In this document: piece after piece, positions 19,321-28,611 of the stretch
Layout: every line of letters starts with the position of its first letter
Position numbering within the stretch: position 1 is the stretch's first letter
Source: a virus
Lineage: Duplodnaviria; Caudoviricetes
Virus record (IMG/VR): IMGVR_UViG_3300006923_000003
Location: 1-39,665 of that record
DNA length: 39,665 bases
Direction: 5' to 3' (one strand)
The notes under the pieces: generated by a model
What the model was told of the DNA's origin: nothing
Databases searched by the model: none
The model's input: the letters and a program-made list of their open reading frames with translations, nothing else
Translations under genes and position numbers: made by a program

Positions 19321-19802
19321 TACTTCCTTATCAATCTTTGTGGGAAGTACACCGAGTCAGATGGCGTGTTCATCATACCGCGAACGGTTGCCGAGATAAT
19401 CTTGATTCCCGCCTTACCCGCAGAGATTGCCGAATCAAGATCAAACACCCTTTTGCCTTCTCTCAATTCTTCAAGTGTTAGTGTAGACTCGCCGACCATA
19501 ACTTCCATATCTCTTGGCATATCCGCAGATTTGCCACGAAACAAGTGTTTCATGGTAAGTGTTGCCACCAAACCCTTTAGAGTCCAATCGTCTGATGATT
19601 GCAATGCCGTCAAGTTTGCCGAAGTATATCGCTCACCACGCAGGGCATAAGACTTTACTTCTGCCGATGCCTTCTCTATGCAGTTCGTAACAACCGAGTT
19701 GTTTACGCTGCTCTGTGGCGTACCAGAATAACTAGACAACTGCTTTATCATTCGATCATCGAATGATTCTGCGAGTTCTGAGGTTGATATGTACTGAGCC
19801 AT
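19317..19802 (-). CDS. Head-tail connector (DUF1320 / Mu gp36-like)
   Basis: YISTSELAESF...CIEKASAEVKSY...LEELREGK pattern, after the capsid gene. Confidence 0.75.
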   Translation of the reverse strand: MAQYISTSELAESFDDRMIKQLSSYSGTPQSSVNNSVVTNCIEKASAEVKSYALRGERYTSANLTALQSSDDWTLKGLVATLTMKHLFRGKSADMPRDMEVMVGESTLTLEELREGKRVFDLDSAISAGKAGIKIISATVRGMMNTPSDSVYFPQRLIRKY

Positions 19803-19816
19803 AGTGTTTAATACCT

Positions 19817-19854
19817 AAAAGAAAAGGGCAGAAGGGGGAAAACCCCTCCTGCCC
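19817..19854 (-). terminator. Rho-independent terminator after the major capsid gene
   Basis: 12-bp GC-rich stem GGGCAGGAGGGG/CCCCTTCTGCCC followed by TTTTCTTTT. Confidence 0.85.
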
Positions 19855-19886
19855 AAAGGGGATCGGGTTACGAAACCCTCTACTTA

Positions 19887-20909
19887 TCAATCCCAAACAT
19901 CTTGGAGGAGGTAGCCAGATAGAGGGGCTGTAAGTTCTACTGCAATATCGTCAATAACTCTACCGCGTGTGCGCCTGTTCCAAGTATCTTCTTCTGTTTC
20001 TACCGTCATATCTTCATAAGCAAAGAGAGTGAGTGTAGAGAAGTCTGGCGCACCATCAGTACCTACTTGTGCGCCTTGTCTTGTTACGAATACTATGTCA
20101 TCATCAAAGATTCGTGTACGAGACTTTGTTCCGCCCTTACGATTGGTAACTCTCGCTGTTGGATCAACAATGATACCGCCAACGCCGAAGAATGTTGACA
20201 GAAGCAGATACTCATTGAACTCACCCGCACCTCTGACAAAGTTTGCTGCAAATGGTGATCCCTTAAAATACTCACGATATTCTGGGGACTCAGAAATTGT
20301 GTGTGCGGTTAAATCGCTCATTACTGCAACCATATCTGCTGCTGTAACAGACTCGTTAGTATTAGAGAGGATGTTTTCAACTACGCCATTGAATGACTTT
20401 TGGATATAGGCATTTGCGGAGGTTGAACCCTGAAACTGACCACCACCAACATTTGCTGCTGTGTCAGTGCTTTCACTTCCCCAATTTCCTGTCGTGGTCA
20501 AAGTGTTTGCTGCGCGATAAGAACGGATACGCATACATTTTGATGCAGCCATTCTTGCGTGGGATGCCACGACCTCAAAATCGGCATTTTGAACAGCCTT
20601 ATGTCCCAAGATAAAAGTCGGGCTATGTCGTTCAGTGCGGAAAGCGGTGAACTCATGGTCTTGTGTTATGCCTTCGGGAGCGTCATTGCCATCTCCCCAT
20701 TGCCAATCGGCTAAAGAAACCACTCTGGCACTTTCTTCCTCGTCTATACGGAGGTAGTACCCCGTATTTTGTGATACGGGAACAAGTTTTGCGTATTGGT
20801 TTACTGCGAACGATGCAGGGTTGCGCGAGTATTCAACTTGAACAAGCCCTGTCGCTTCTGAAAATGTCGGCACATATGTGTTTGTTGCGCCTGCTGCTAC
20901 TTCTGCCAT
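19887..20909 (-). CDS. Major capsid protein
   Basis: 340 aa, follows protease/scaffold and cement, followed by a terminator; ends with APLSGYLLQDV. Confidence 0.85.
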   Translation of the reverse strand: MAEVAAGATNTYVPTFSEATGLVQVEYSRNPASFAVNQYAKLVPVSQNTGYYLRIDEEESARVVSLADWQWGDGNDAPEGITQDHEFTAFRTERHSPTFILGHKAVQNADFEVVASHARMAASKCMRIRSYRAANTLTTTGNWGSESTDTAANVGGGQFQGSTSANAYIQKSFNGVVENILSNTNESVTAADMVAVMSDLTAHTISESPEYREYFKGSPFAANFVRGAGEFNEYLLLSTFFGVGGIIVDPTARVTNRKGGTKSRTRIFDDDIVFVTRQGAQVGTDGAPDFSTLTLFAYEDMTVETEEDTWNRRTRGRVIDDIAVELTAPLSGYLLQDVWD

Positions 20910-20953
20910 TTTAGTATCTCTCTTTTTTTAAGTGTTACTATTAACTATTGTGA

Positions 20954-21355
20954 TTACGAAAGGTTATGTCGAATAAAGTATGGTTGCCAAAGCATACGGA
21001 TAATTTCGCCACTTGAACCAGACTCTAATGCAAAACCGCCAATCCTTCGACTTGTGGTATCGACGGTTTGGTTTGTCGCTTTACCGTCTGCATCGCTTTC
21101 AAGTGGTGCGCCGCGAGTAATTGAAGCACCCGCCTCGATCATTACGATGTTTCCTGCTTGCAGGGTGATGTGGTCGCCATCTTCAGCGTGATTTGCCGAG
21201 TCAAACTGACGAGTGCTTCCTGAGCATACACCTATAATAGTATCATTTGCATCTGATTCTATGCCTGTGTTGTCTGCTGAGGTGTCAAGTTTGACGAATC
21301 GGTAAGGACGAATTGTCCCACCTGCTTCTAGGTTCGGTTGTATTGAATGTGCCAT
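20954..21355 (-). CDS. Capsid cement/decoration protein (DUF2190-like)
   Basis: AGGTIRPYRFVK...IIGV...IEAGASITRG...SDADGKA...GFALE pattern. Confidence 0.8.
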   Translation of the reverse strand: MAHSIQPNLEAGGTIRPYRFVKLDTSADNTGIESDANDTIIGVCSGSTRQFDSANHAEDGDHITLQAGNIVMIEAGASITRGAPLESDADGKATNQTVDTTSRRIGGFALESGSSGEIIRMLWQPYFIRHNLS

Positions 21356-21384
21356 GTTTGTTTATCTCTCTTTTTTTCTAAAAA

Positions 21385-22716
21385 TTAAAGTTTACGAAGT
21401 TCTTGTTGAAATACTTTTTGGAACGATGAAGCATCTAGGCTTTCACTTGAAATACGGGCAACTGCGTTTTGAGATGCTTTTTTCTTTTGATCCTCAGAGA
21501 AGTTCACCTTTGTTCGCTGTCTTGTGTTTTCAGTATTCAAAGTTTTCTTTAGTGGGATTCGCTTCATTGTCTGCTTCCAAAACTTAACTTTGGCAACAGG
21601 GTCTTTTGAACACATAAGTTCACTAAGCATTAAATCACGATGTTGCTTGACCAGATACCCTTGTGATGCAAGTTGATCTAAGACTCTTGAAAACTTTTGC
21701 CTACGCACGTTGCCCGTTAAGGCGATTACTCGTCTTTTGTAGATGTCACGTTGCTTTTTGACTTTGGCGTATCGTTTTAGCACTTTGCTACCGCCCTTGG
21801 TCTTGCGCATCTTAGAAAACTCGGACTTCATATCTTTATCTTCTTCCTCATCTTCTTCTGTGAACTCCATCTTTTTTCCTTCTTCTTCATCTTCACAGTT
21901 GTGACCTTGACAGTATTCTTCTGAATCCATCATTTCATCTAGTTCTGAAGGGGCTAAATCTTCGCCGAACTCATCTTTGTCATCTTCTCCGACAGATTTC
22001 ATTTCGTCGAGTTCTGCTTTTAGTTTTCCAAGTTCGTCGTTGAGAGTTGCGTTTTCTGCCCGCAACTTTCGCATTAAAACTTGTTCTTCGCCTTCCAAGA
22101 TTGTGTCTGCTTCTGGCATTAGATATTCCTCTTTTTCGTCTGTCCCGCTTGGTATGTAAGTGTTGCTGCCACCTGCTGAAACCATGTCGAAGGTCGCGGG
22201 CTTATGAAAAACCTTCTTTGTTCCTTGGCGAGTGAACTTTGTGTCGCGTAACGGTCGTGCAGGGGTTTCCCTGCCCAACAACGCCACTTCTGATAGGTGT
22301 CCGTCCTCCCAAATCTCTGCCGAACGCCGAGGGTAGCGGTTCGACGCGAGGTATTTTTGGAAGTCTTTTTGGGTCATCTCCACATCTCCAACAATTCCCG
22401 CACCCTCGTATTCTTCGTCCTTTCCACACACTATTTTTATAGGTTTGGCGTGGATATTCAGAATATCTCCGATTGATTCAGGCGGGGAGTTGCCGTTGTC
22501 GTCTTGGTGCATCAGCACCAATTTGGGATTTGATCCTGCCGACATGAACCTTTTGGTTTTTGCAATGATTTTGTCGATTGCCTCTGTGTCGAGGTCTTTT
22601 ATTTCGCTCTTGTCATCATCAAAACCTTCAATGTTTCCAACAAACAGTTCAAGATCATGAATGATGATTTTGCTGCCGTTTTCAGAAACGCGATGAGATG
22701 GTTGGTTAGAACCCAT
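21385..22716 (-). CDS. Prohead protease/scaffold (Mu gpI-like organisation)
   Basis: LVLMHQ, YPRRSAEIW, LSEVALLG..TPA followed by an acidic coiled-coil region. Confidence 0.75.
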   Translation of the reverse strand: MGSNQPSHRVSENGSKIIIHDLELFVGNIEGFDDDKSEIKDLDTEAIDKIIAKTKRFMSAGSNPKLVLMHQDDNGNSPPESIGDILNIHAKPIKIVCGKDEEYEGAGIVGDVEMTQKDFQKYLASNRYPRRSAEIWEDGHLSEVALLGRETPARPLRDTKFTRQGTKKVFHKPATFDMVSAGGSNTYIPSGTDEKEEYLMPEADTILEGEEQVLMRKLRAENATLNDELGKLKAELDEMKSVGEDDKDEFGEDLAPSELDEMMDSEEYCQGHNCEDEEEGKKMEFTEEDEEEDKDMKSEFSKMRKTKGGSKVLKRYAKVKKQRDIYKRRVIALTGNVRRQKFSRVLDQLASQGYLVKQHRDLMLSELMCSKDPVAKVKFWKQTMKRIPLKKTLNTENTRQRTKVNFSEDQKKKASQNAVARISSESLDASSFQKVFQQELRKL

Positions 22717-22791
22717 ACAACAAGTATCCCATTTGTCAACAAGTTTTGGGTTGTTACTTTCTAAAATTGGCGGTTATGGCGTTCCTGTACC

Positions 22792-22986
22792 TCACTTCTT
22801 GGTTTTATTGACCGTTTGGTCTAATTTTTCAAGAGAGTTTTTATGAAAACGCCACTGTCTACCCGCGCGAGTTGCGGGTATCTCTTTTCGTTGTGCCATG
22901 CGCTGAATAGTTCTGTCGCTCACCTGTAACATGGTGGCAACCTCTTGGGTCGTATAATAAAAGTGTGGGTATCTATAACTTGACAT
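22792..22986 (-). CDS. Excisionase-family HTH DNA-binding protein
   Basis: YTTQEVATMLQVSDRTIQRM...IPATRAGRQWRF; TAATG-coupled to the MuF gene. Confidence 0.85.
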   Translation of the reverse strand: MSSYRYPHFYYTTQEVATMLQVSDRTIQRMAQRKEIPATRAGRQWRFHKNSLEKLDQTVNKTKK

Positions 22987-25900
22987 TACATCATCCCGCC
23001 ATATTTGAAGCCCTCATCTGGATATTGACCAGACGAGATAAGTGCCTGTTGCTCAGGCGTGTTGTATCGCCTAATAGCAATCATATCAGGTTTTCCATTA
23101 ACGTCTAGTAACATCTCATCTTCTGCTTCGTCCCAAGTGATCTCTGACAGCGTACCTCGACAGTTGTATCCATTTGGGGGTCGAAGTCGCAACCTGTCTA
23201 TTTCTGCGGGAGTTGTAACATATCCATCCATTGCAGCATGATGCGGTCTTGATCTATCGTCCACAATCTCAGAAATCATTACTAGCGGGAATAGGTCTTG
23301 TGCCTCTGGGTCACGAAGAACCGACATTGTGCCTTCATTCGCAGCCGTAGAGAGATTTGTTCGATAGATTGTTTCAAGCCTCGCATCAGTGAGATTCGAT
23401 GCACCTTCCAACTTTGCCCTGTCAATGAAGTCTGGAAGATCAAGTGTTTCATCGGGCATAACACCACGAATAGCATCACCAAGCAGCCTTTGAATGTTTA
23501 CAACTACGTTGTGATCTACCTCTGAAACCCAAAAACCCCGCCTTAACGCAGACTGAACGCCCTTCGATGTGGATTCCATGAATGGCAAGATTCCTGTTCG
23601 TTCTGCAACAACCACCTCCTCGGCTAGTTGTTTTGCCATACTCGCCATTTGGTCAACCGTTTTTCTCATCATTGGAACGCGGGTGACAAGATCATCAAGT
23701 GACTCTTGGTTTACTCCCGCCTCAAATACAGATTCAACCAAGTCCACCTCAAAGATGTCGAACATCTCATCGAACGCATCTTTCTTCGCAAACTTCCGCT
23801 TGTGTGTTATTTTGGGATCGTCTGGATTCCACTCGCCTTTGTTGAGGGTTGATTTGATCTGGGTTGAGTCGAAGGCAACAAATGTTTTTCCACCGTCTGC
23901 AACCACCCCATCAAAACCCATGTTGTTGAACAATTTTGTTACCGTCAAGTTTGTCTTGCTTTTTGTGCCGATGTGCCAAGTATCTTCAACCCAATGCCCC
24001 GCAGACAGATTTTTTAGTTCGGCTATTTTGTCTTGTATTGTCGGAATAATATAACTACTTGCCAATAATGGGCGTTGGTTTGGATAATCCCATCTCATGT
24101 CATAAACTTCGGATATTTTGCTTTTGATGTGTTCTAATTCTTCCGATGTAAACTCTAAACTTTCGTGTGGATTTGATGCCAACGTATCTATCGCATTGTG
24201 CCATTCTTGTTCTTCCAAAACTTCACCCATATCTATTGGGTTTTTTATTGATAAAAACACAGGAACGATTCGAGAACCATCTTTTCTTTTGGTTGTGATA
24301 CCACTGTGTCCCGCGTATTCATCTGCATATTCTGGTGAACTTGTAAAATATGACCCCACGCCATATTTGTCAGTTCCGCTTGGCACATATTCATTTTCAG
24401 ATGAAGAATGTTGTGGGTCAAACTCGTCAAAATCTCCCCCGCTAGTCCCATGATAAACAACCAACGGTTCACCACTATCGTCTACAACTTTACTGTTACC
24501 GAACCACGACTTAAACTCTGGCGTTGATGTCGGTGATCCACCGCCTATTTTGAGTGCCTCTGGTGAAACAAGGAGTGCGTTTTCACCAAAAGCACCCTTG
24601 GAAAAACATTCTTGACACATTAAAACACTTTCTATGGGTATTTCGTATTGTGTTACCCCCCTATCACCACTTGGACTGTCTCCTGCGGTAGTTGTTGCGA
24701 AAAACTCTGCATCGGTTGGGTTTGTTGTTACAAACTGTGGTTCTGTATATTTGCCAACCCTATTTGAATAGTCTCCTCTGTATACCGTAAGAGTTTCTAT
24801 ATCACCATATTTTTCTTTTAACCAATCTTGTGTTCTTGTATAAAAATAATCTTTTGTTTTTTGTATAAGTTTCTCGCCGTCATCTTTCCAATTTATTAAA
24901 TCATTTTTCTCATCATCGTAAACCGCTTCTTCAGCATTAGTAAGTATTAAATCTACCGCTTCGTCATAAGAGCCGTATAAACCCTTTACTATATCCTCTG
25001 GGATTAGTGAATCTTCAATATCCTCCATGATGTTGATTTCGACCTCAGATAAATCGCTGTCCGTTACCCTTTTTCGTCCACCACCACCGCCCTCACCCTT
25101 ATTTTTGTTGCTATTGGTGTCATAGACAAGAAGTACCGATGTATCCTCTTTCCTTAAACCCAAGGCATCTTCTAGTGTGCCATCTGGTTTTCCACCTATC
25201 CTAAACCCCAATTCCCATAACAGTTTGACAGACCCATCGTTTGAAGATTGACCGCCAATAGTACCGCCTTCTTGTATAGCGTGTTTTATTAGGTCTGTTG
25301 CTATGCCTGTTCTTCTCTTGTCTTTATCTACATATAATTCTAAGATGCTCCAATCAGTAGACGATTGTGGGTTTTTTACTAATTCCAAAAAACCTCCATC
25401 AACAGTGAACTGCCTAGCATCATCAAAGTGTGGTTTTTGTTTACTGCTCGTATCTATTATTCTTTGTTTGGGTTTGCCTTCACCTGTTCCACCTTCTCCC
25501 GCGCAGGTATTACCTTCTTGGAAACCCTCGTTGCCTTTTTGTCCTGCACCGCAATTACTAGCAAACTTCCGTTTGTGTGTTATCTTGGGATCGTCTGGGT
25601 CGAATGTTCCTTTGTTATCTGTTGCTGATTTGATTTGGGTTGGATAAAAGGCAACAAATGTTGTTTGGTCATCTTCTATTAGCATCAACCCATCGTAACC
25701 AAGAGAGATAAGTTCATCTAATCCATACTTATCATACTCATCCCATCCCGCAGGGTTTTTTAGAGATAAATACACATCCTTTATCTTGCCTGTTCCCGAT
25801 GCACCAACTTCACCCTTTTCGATTTTTGACCTATCGCTTGTAAACCAATGCTGACCACCTATCGAATGTTCGTCATCAAACTCATCGAAATCTTTGTCTG

Positions 25901-26594
25901 TCCCATGATAAACAACCAACGGTTCACCGCTATTGTCTACAACTTTACTGTCCCCGAACCAAGACTTGAACTCTGGCGTTGATGTTGGTGATCCATCGCC
26001 GTCACCCGATTCTTCGGATTCAGGTTGCCATTCTTCGTGCCATTTGATTTGGACTTCTTTTATTTTTTCTTTTAACAGATCAATCGTTTTGATATTGCTC
26101 TTGAGTTGGCTATATGTAACATCCTGATATGAAATCGGTTCTCCTTTACCATCTTCATAAAGATCATCAAAATGATCTTGGATCATTTCAAGTTCAGAAA
26201 TCTCTCTTTCAAACAGACCTACGGGGTAATTTGACGGTATTACTAATTCATTCGTGTCTTTGTCCCATTGAAGTTCGTCAACGTGTTTTTCGTAACCACT
26301 TTCACGCCAAGACTCATCTGCAATCCATATTTCGTTTTTTGAAACCCACCAATCTATCAGATTATCCCTATTTTTACTTCTTCTTCCTAAATGGATTCTT
26401 GTTTCTTTACCAAATCGGACATCGTATAAATGTGATCCTTCATCAGCAACGTGTATCTGACTTAGGGTCGGTTTTTTTGCTTTAGGTTTTTCTTCAGAAC
26501 CACCACCCTCGCCCGCGCAAGTATTACCTTCTTGGAAACCCTCGTTGCCTTTTTGTCCTGCACCGCAATTACTAGCAAACTTGTTTTTCTTCAT
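22986..26594 (-). CDS. Polyvalent MuF (head morphogenesis) protein with N-terminal ART-like and GNAT modules
   Basis: C-terminal RLETIYRTN...DDRSRPHH...PPNGYNCR (MuF); two FKSWFG.SKVVD..GEPLVVYHGT domains; YVDKDKRRTGIATDL (GNAT); ATGA overlap supports start 26594. Confidence 0.85.
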   Translation of the reverse strand: MKKNKFASNCGAGQKGNEGFQEGNTCAGEGGGSEEKPKAKKPTLSQIHVADEGSHLYDVRFGKETRIHLGRRSKNRDNLIDWWVSKNEIWIADESWRESGYEKHVDELQWDKDTNELVIPSNYPVGLFEREISELEMIQDHFDDLYEDGKGEPISYQDVTYSQLKSNIKTIDLLKEKIKEVQIKWHEEWQPESEESGDGDGSPTSTPEFKSWFGDSKVVDNSGEPLVVYHGTDKDFDEFDDEHSIGGQHWFTSDRSKIEKGEVGASGTGKIKDVYLSLKNPAGWDEYDKYGLDELISLGYDGLMLIEDDQTTFVAFYPTQIKSATDNKGTFDPDDPKITHKRKFASNCGAGQKGNEGFQEGNTCAGEGGTGEGKPKQRIIDTSSKQKPHFDDARQFTVDGGFLELVKNPQSSTDWSILELYVDKDKRRTGIATDLIKHAIQEGGTIGGQSSNDGSVKLLWELGFRIGGKPDGTLEDALGLRKEDTSVLLVYDTNSNKNKGEGGGGGRKRVTDSDLSEVEINIMEDIEDSLIPEDIVKGLYGSYDEAVDLILTNAEEAVYDDEKNDLINWKDDGEKLIQKTKDYFYTRTQDWLKEKYGDIETLTVYRGDYSNRVGKYTEPQFVTTNPTDAEFFATTTAGDSPSGDRGVTQYEIPIESVLMCQECFSKGAFGENALLVSPEALKIGGGSPTSTPEFKSWFGNSKVVDDSGEPLVVYHGTSGGDFDEFDPQHSSSENEYVPSGTDKYGVGSYFTSSPEYADEYAGHSGITTKRKDGSRIVPVFLSIKNPIDMGEVLEEQEWHNAIDTLASNPHESLEFTSEELEHIKSKISEVYDMRWDYPNQRPLLASSYIIPTIQDKIAELKNLSAGHWVEDTWHIGTKSKTNLTVTKLFNNMGFDGVVADGGKTFVAFDSTQIKSTLNKGEWNPDDPKITHKRKFAKKDAFDEMFDIFEVDLVESVFEAGVNQESLDDLVTRVPMMRKTVDQMASMAKQLAEEVVVAERTGILPFMESTSKGVQSALRRGFWVSEVDHNVVVNIQRLLGDAIRGVMPDETLDLPDFIDRAKLEGASNLTDARLETIYRTNLSTAANEGTMSVLRDPEAQDLFPLVMISEIVDDRSRPHHAAMDGYVTTPAEIDRLRLRPPNGYNCRGTLSEITWDEAEDEMLLDVNGKPDMIAIRRYNTPEQQALISSGQYPDEGFKYGGMM
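24445..24540. repeat. 96-bp repeat at the start of an ART-like module (paired with 25900-25995)
   Basis: 7 mismatches by manual alignment. Confidence 0.9.
25498..25568. repeat. 71-bp repeat encoding the Cys-pair tag (paired with 26512-26582)
   Basis: 1 mismatch by manual alignment. Confidence 0.9.
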
Positions 26595-26812
26595 GTTATA
26601 CATTCTACGTCCTCGGTAGTTTCGATCCAAACTTTTGCCCCGCAAGGTAGCGGTTTGTCTGGTCTGTATATGACTTTAGTGTGATCGCTGATTATCAACT
26701 CCGTACACTTGCTGTTGTCCTTGTAAGTCTTGCACGTTAGGGGTGGAACTCTCTCACCCGTTTTGTGGTTTCTCTTTATGATGTGCTGATTAACGTGTAT
26801 CACTCGCTTCAT
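26591..26812 (-). CDS. Hypothetical phage protein (73 aa)
   Basis: AAGGAGG SD; IHVNQHII...VIYRPDKPLPCGAKVWIET resembles a small family I recall from environmental phages. Confidence 0.8.
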   Translation of the reverse strand: MKRVIHVNQHIIKRNHKTGERVPPLTCKTYKDNSKCTELIISDHTKVIYRPDKPLPCGAKVWIETTEDVECIT

Positions 26813-26957
26813 TGGTTTCCTCCTTTAGTCCGTATAATTCTATGAGTCGCTCACGATCCTCTTTCCATGTAGAAGGACGGCTTTGACCCGCATACAACTC
26901 AGATAAAAAATAATCTAACTCTTTCATGTTTTTTGGCTTTTCTATTATGTATGTCAT
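26790..26957 (-). CDS. Small acidic hypothetical protein (55 aa), not in the ORF track
   Basis: ATG directly after the stop of 26958-28610; MTYIIEKPKNMKELDYFLSELY...SDTR. Confidence 0.6.
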   Translation of the reverse strand: MTYIIEKPKNMKELDYFLSELYAGQSRPSTWKEDRERLIELYGLKEETNEASDTR

Positions 26958-28610
26958 TTAACCCACCTTTACTCCACCCAAGTTTTCGTACATCTTCATA
27001 ATTAGACTATCAAATTCCAATCCAAGCGATAAGCCTGAAAAAGTTTCTGCTACAAATTCGGAATTATTCATACCTGCATAATTTGATACATTTACTCTAA
27101 CGTGTCTAAACCAATCATCAGCATTACTTATGTCTAAACCTTCTTCAAACTGAGCAATATCCCACGCTTTTTTCTCATATTGCATTCTCATTTGTTCGTG
27201 TGTGCTTAGGAATTGCATTGCGGAGTTCATAAGTTCACTACCCGACAAAACACCTCTAGTCAGTTGTCCTTCTTTGTGATTTTTAATTAAATTTTCTACA
27301 CTATCGGGTGTTTTGTGCCTTTTTTTAATATGACTTAAAACTAAATTGGTGTGGTGGAGTTGGTGTCCTATTTCATGCAAAATAACTTGCCTAAGTGCAT
27401 CTTCTTTTTTTAATCGTCCCGCAACAAAATTAAATTCTTCTACATCATTACCGTCATCATCATCATATTCTTCACTCGCTCTTAGATTTACAGAATTTAC
27501 CCAAGCCATATCTTTTTGGTTGAAACTTAATGGCGATTTAAATTCGGTAAGACCTCTGCCCACAGTGGTAAATACGGCTAATGAAGTGTGCTTTTTAAAT
27601 GGGTGCATAGAAAAATGAATTTCTAAATTTGGTATCTGTATGTTTTTTTCTAATAATATGTTTTTAACATCAGATAAAGCCTCAAGAAAGTTCTTGGTTT
27701 TGTGTTTCCACAATTCTTTAATCTTACCGCTTTTAACTGTACCGTCTAATTCTTCTCCAAATTCCGTCAGAACCCTAATTTCAGCCTTGTCTGCATCTCT
27801 TAATGTAAACCTGTCGTCTATAAATTCTTCTACATCTTCAAACACTTTTGTTTTTGATGTCATTGTTATTCCTGATTTTTCACCACTTTTATTTATGTAC
27901 TCATAATCCCCGACACCTGATTCGCTGTCATAGCCTACATTTGTACCATCTAACCAAACAGATGTAACAAAACCATCTGCTTTCTTTATTAACTCTTTTT
28001 GATTTTCTAACTGTTCTTCTTCTGACATTTTGACATAAGATTTAGCAAATTCATAAAACTCAACAGAAGCCAAATCTGATTTGTTGCCTGTTTTAAAAAT
28101 TCTGTTTGCATCAGGTTGATAATGTTTTCCATACCAACCCGATAAATCTTTCATGTTAAAATTTGCAAGGTCTTTTAAAGATTCGTGTAAAGCAAAAATT
28201 GTTTTAGATTCGACTTTATTGTTTATCTTGTCGTTTAGTATATCTAAGGCTATTTTACTTAATTGGTTTGCAAGTCTATACTTGTTTCTGTAATCTTCAG
28301 ATTCGTAATCGTGGTTGTCGATTGCTGTTGTTGTTGTTGCAACACCCTCACCTGCGCAAGTGTTTCCCGATTGGAAACCTTCGTTGCCCTCACTCCCCGC
28401 ACCGCAACCACTTTTTGCGTACAGAACTTTCTCGACAGGATCAACGGGAATACCCTTAGCGGTTTTGCAAGCAGAACTCAGCCAAGCAGAGAAAACCGCA
28501 TTCGCTAGTGATACGCGAACACGATTCCAAGCCTCAAGATCGTCCCTTCCCTCAATCGCAGATGCTACTGCTTCTCGGTACTCCTGACGGATTTGTTCGA
28601 TGCTAGGCAC
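26958..28610 (-). CDS. Tagged zincin-like metallopeptidase protein (550 aa)
   Basis: VILHEIGHQLH and VSNYAGMNNSEFVAETF; Cys-pair tag near the N-terminus. Confidence 0.75.
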   Translation of the reverse strand: MPSIEQIRQEYREAVASAIEGRDDLEAWNRVRVSLANAVFSAWLSSACKTAKGIPVDPVEKVLYAKSGCGAGSEGNEGFQSGNTCAGEGVATTTTAIDNHDYESEDYRNKYRLANQLSKIALDILNDKINNKVESKTIFALHESLKDLANFNMKDLSGWYGKHYQPDANRIFKTGNKSDLASVEFYEFAKSYVKMSEEEQLENQKELIKKADGFVTSVWLDGTNVGYDSESGVGDYEYINKSGEKSGITMTSKTKVFEDVEEFIDDRFTLRDADKAEIRVLTEFGEELDGTVKSGKIKELWKHKTKNFLEALSDVKNILLEKNIQIPNLEIHFSMHPFKKHTSLAVFTTVGRGLTEFKSPLSFNQKDMAWVNSVNLRASEEYDDDDGNDVEEFNFVAGRLKKEDALRQVILHEIGHQLHHTNLVLSHIKKRHKTPDSVENLIKNHKEGQLTRGVLSGSELMNSAMQFLSTHEQMRMQYEKKAWDIAQFEEGLDISNADDWFRHVRVNVSNYAGMNNSEFVAETFSGLSLGLEFDSLIMKMYENLGGVKVG

Positions 28611-28611
28611 A

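Noticed and set aside
23788-26582. Diversity-generating retroelement or shufflon
   Set aside because: No reverse transcriptase or invertase; repeats are direct and mismatches are not adenine-specific
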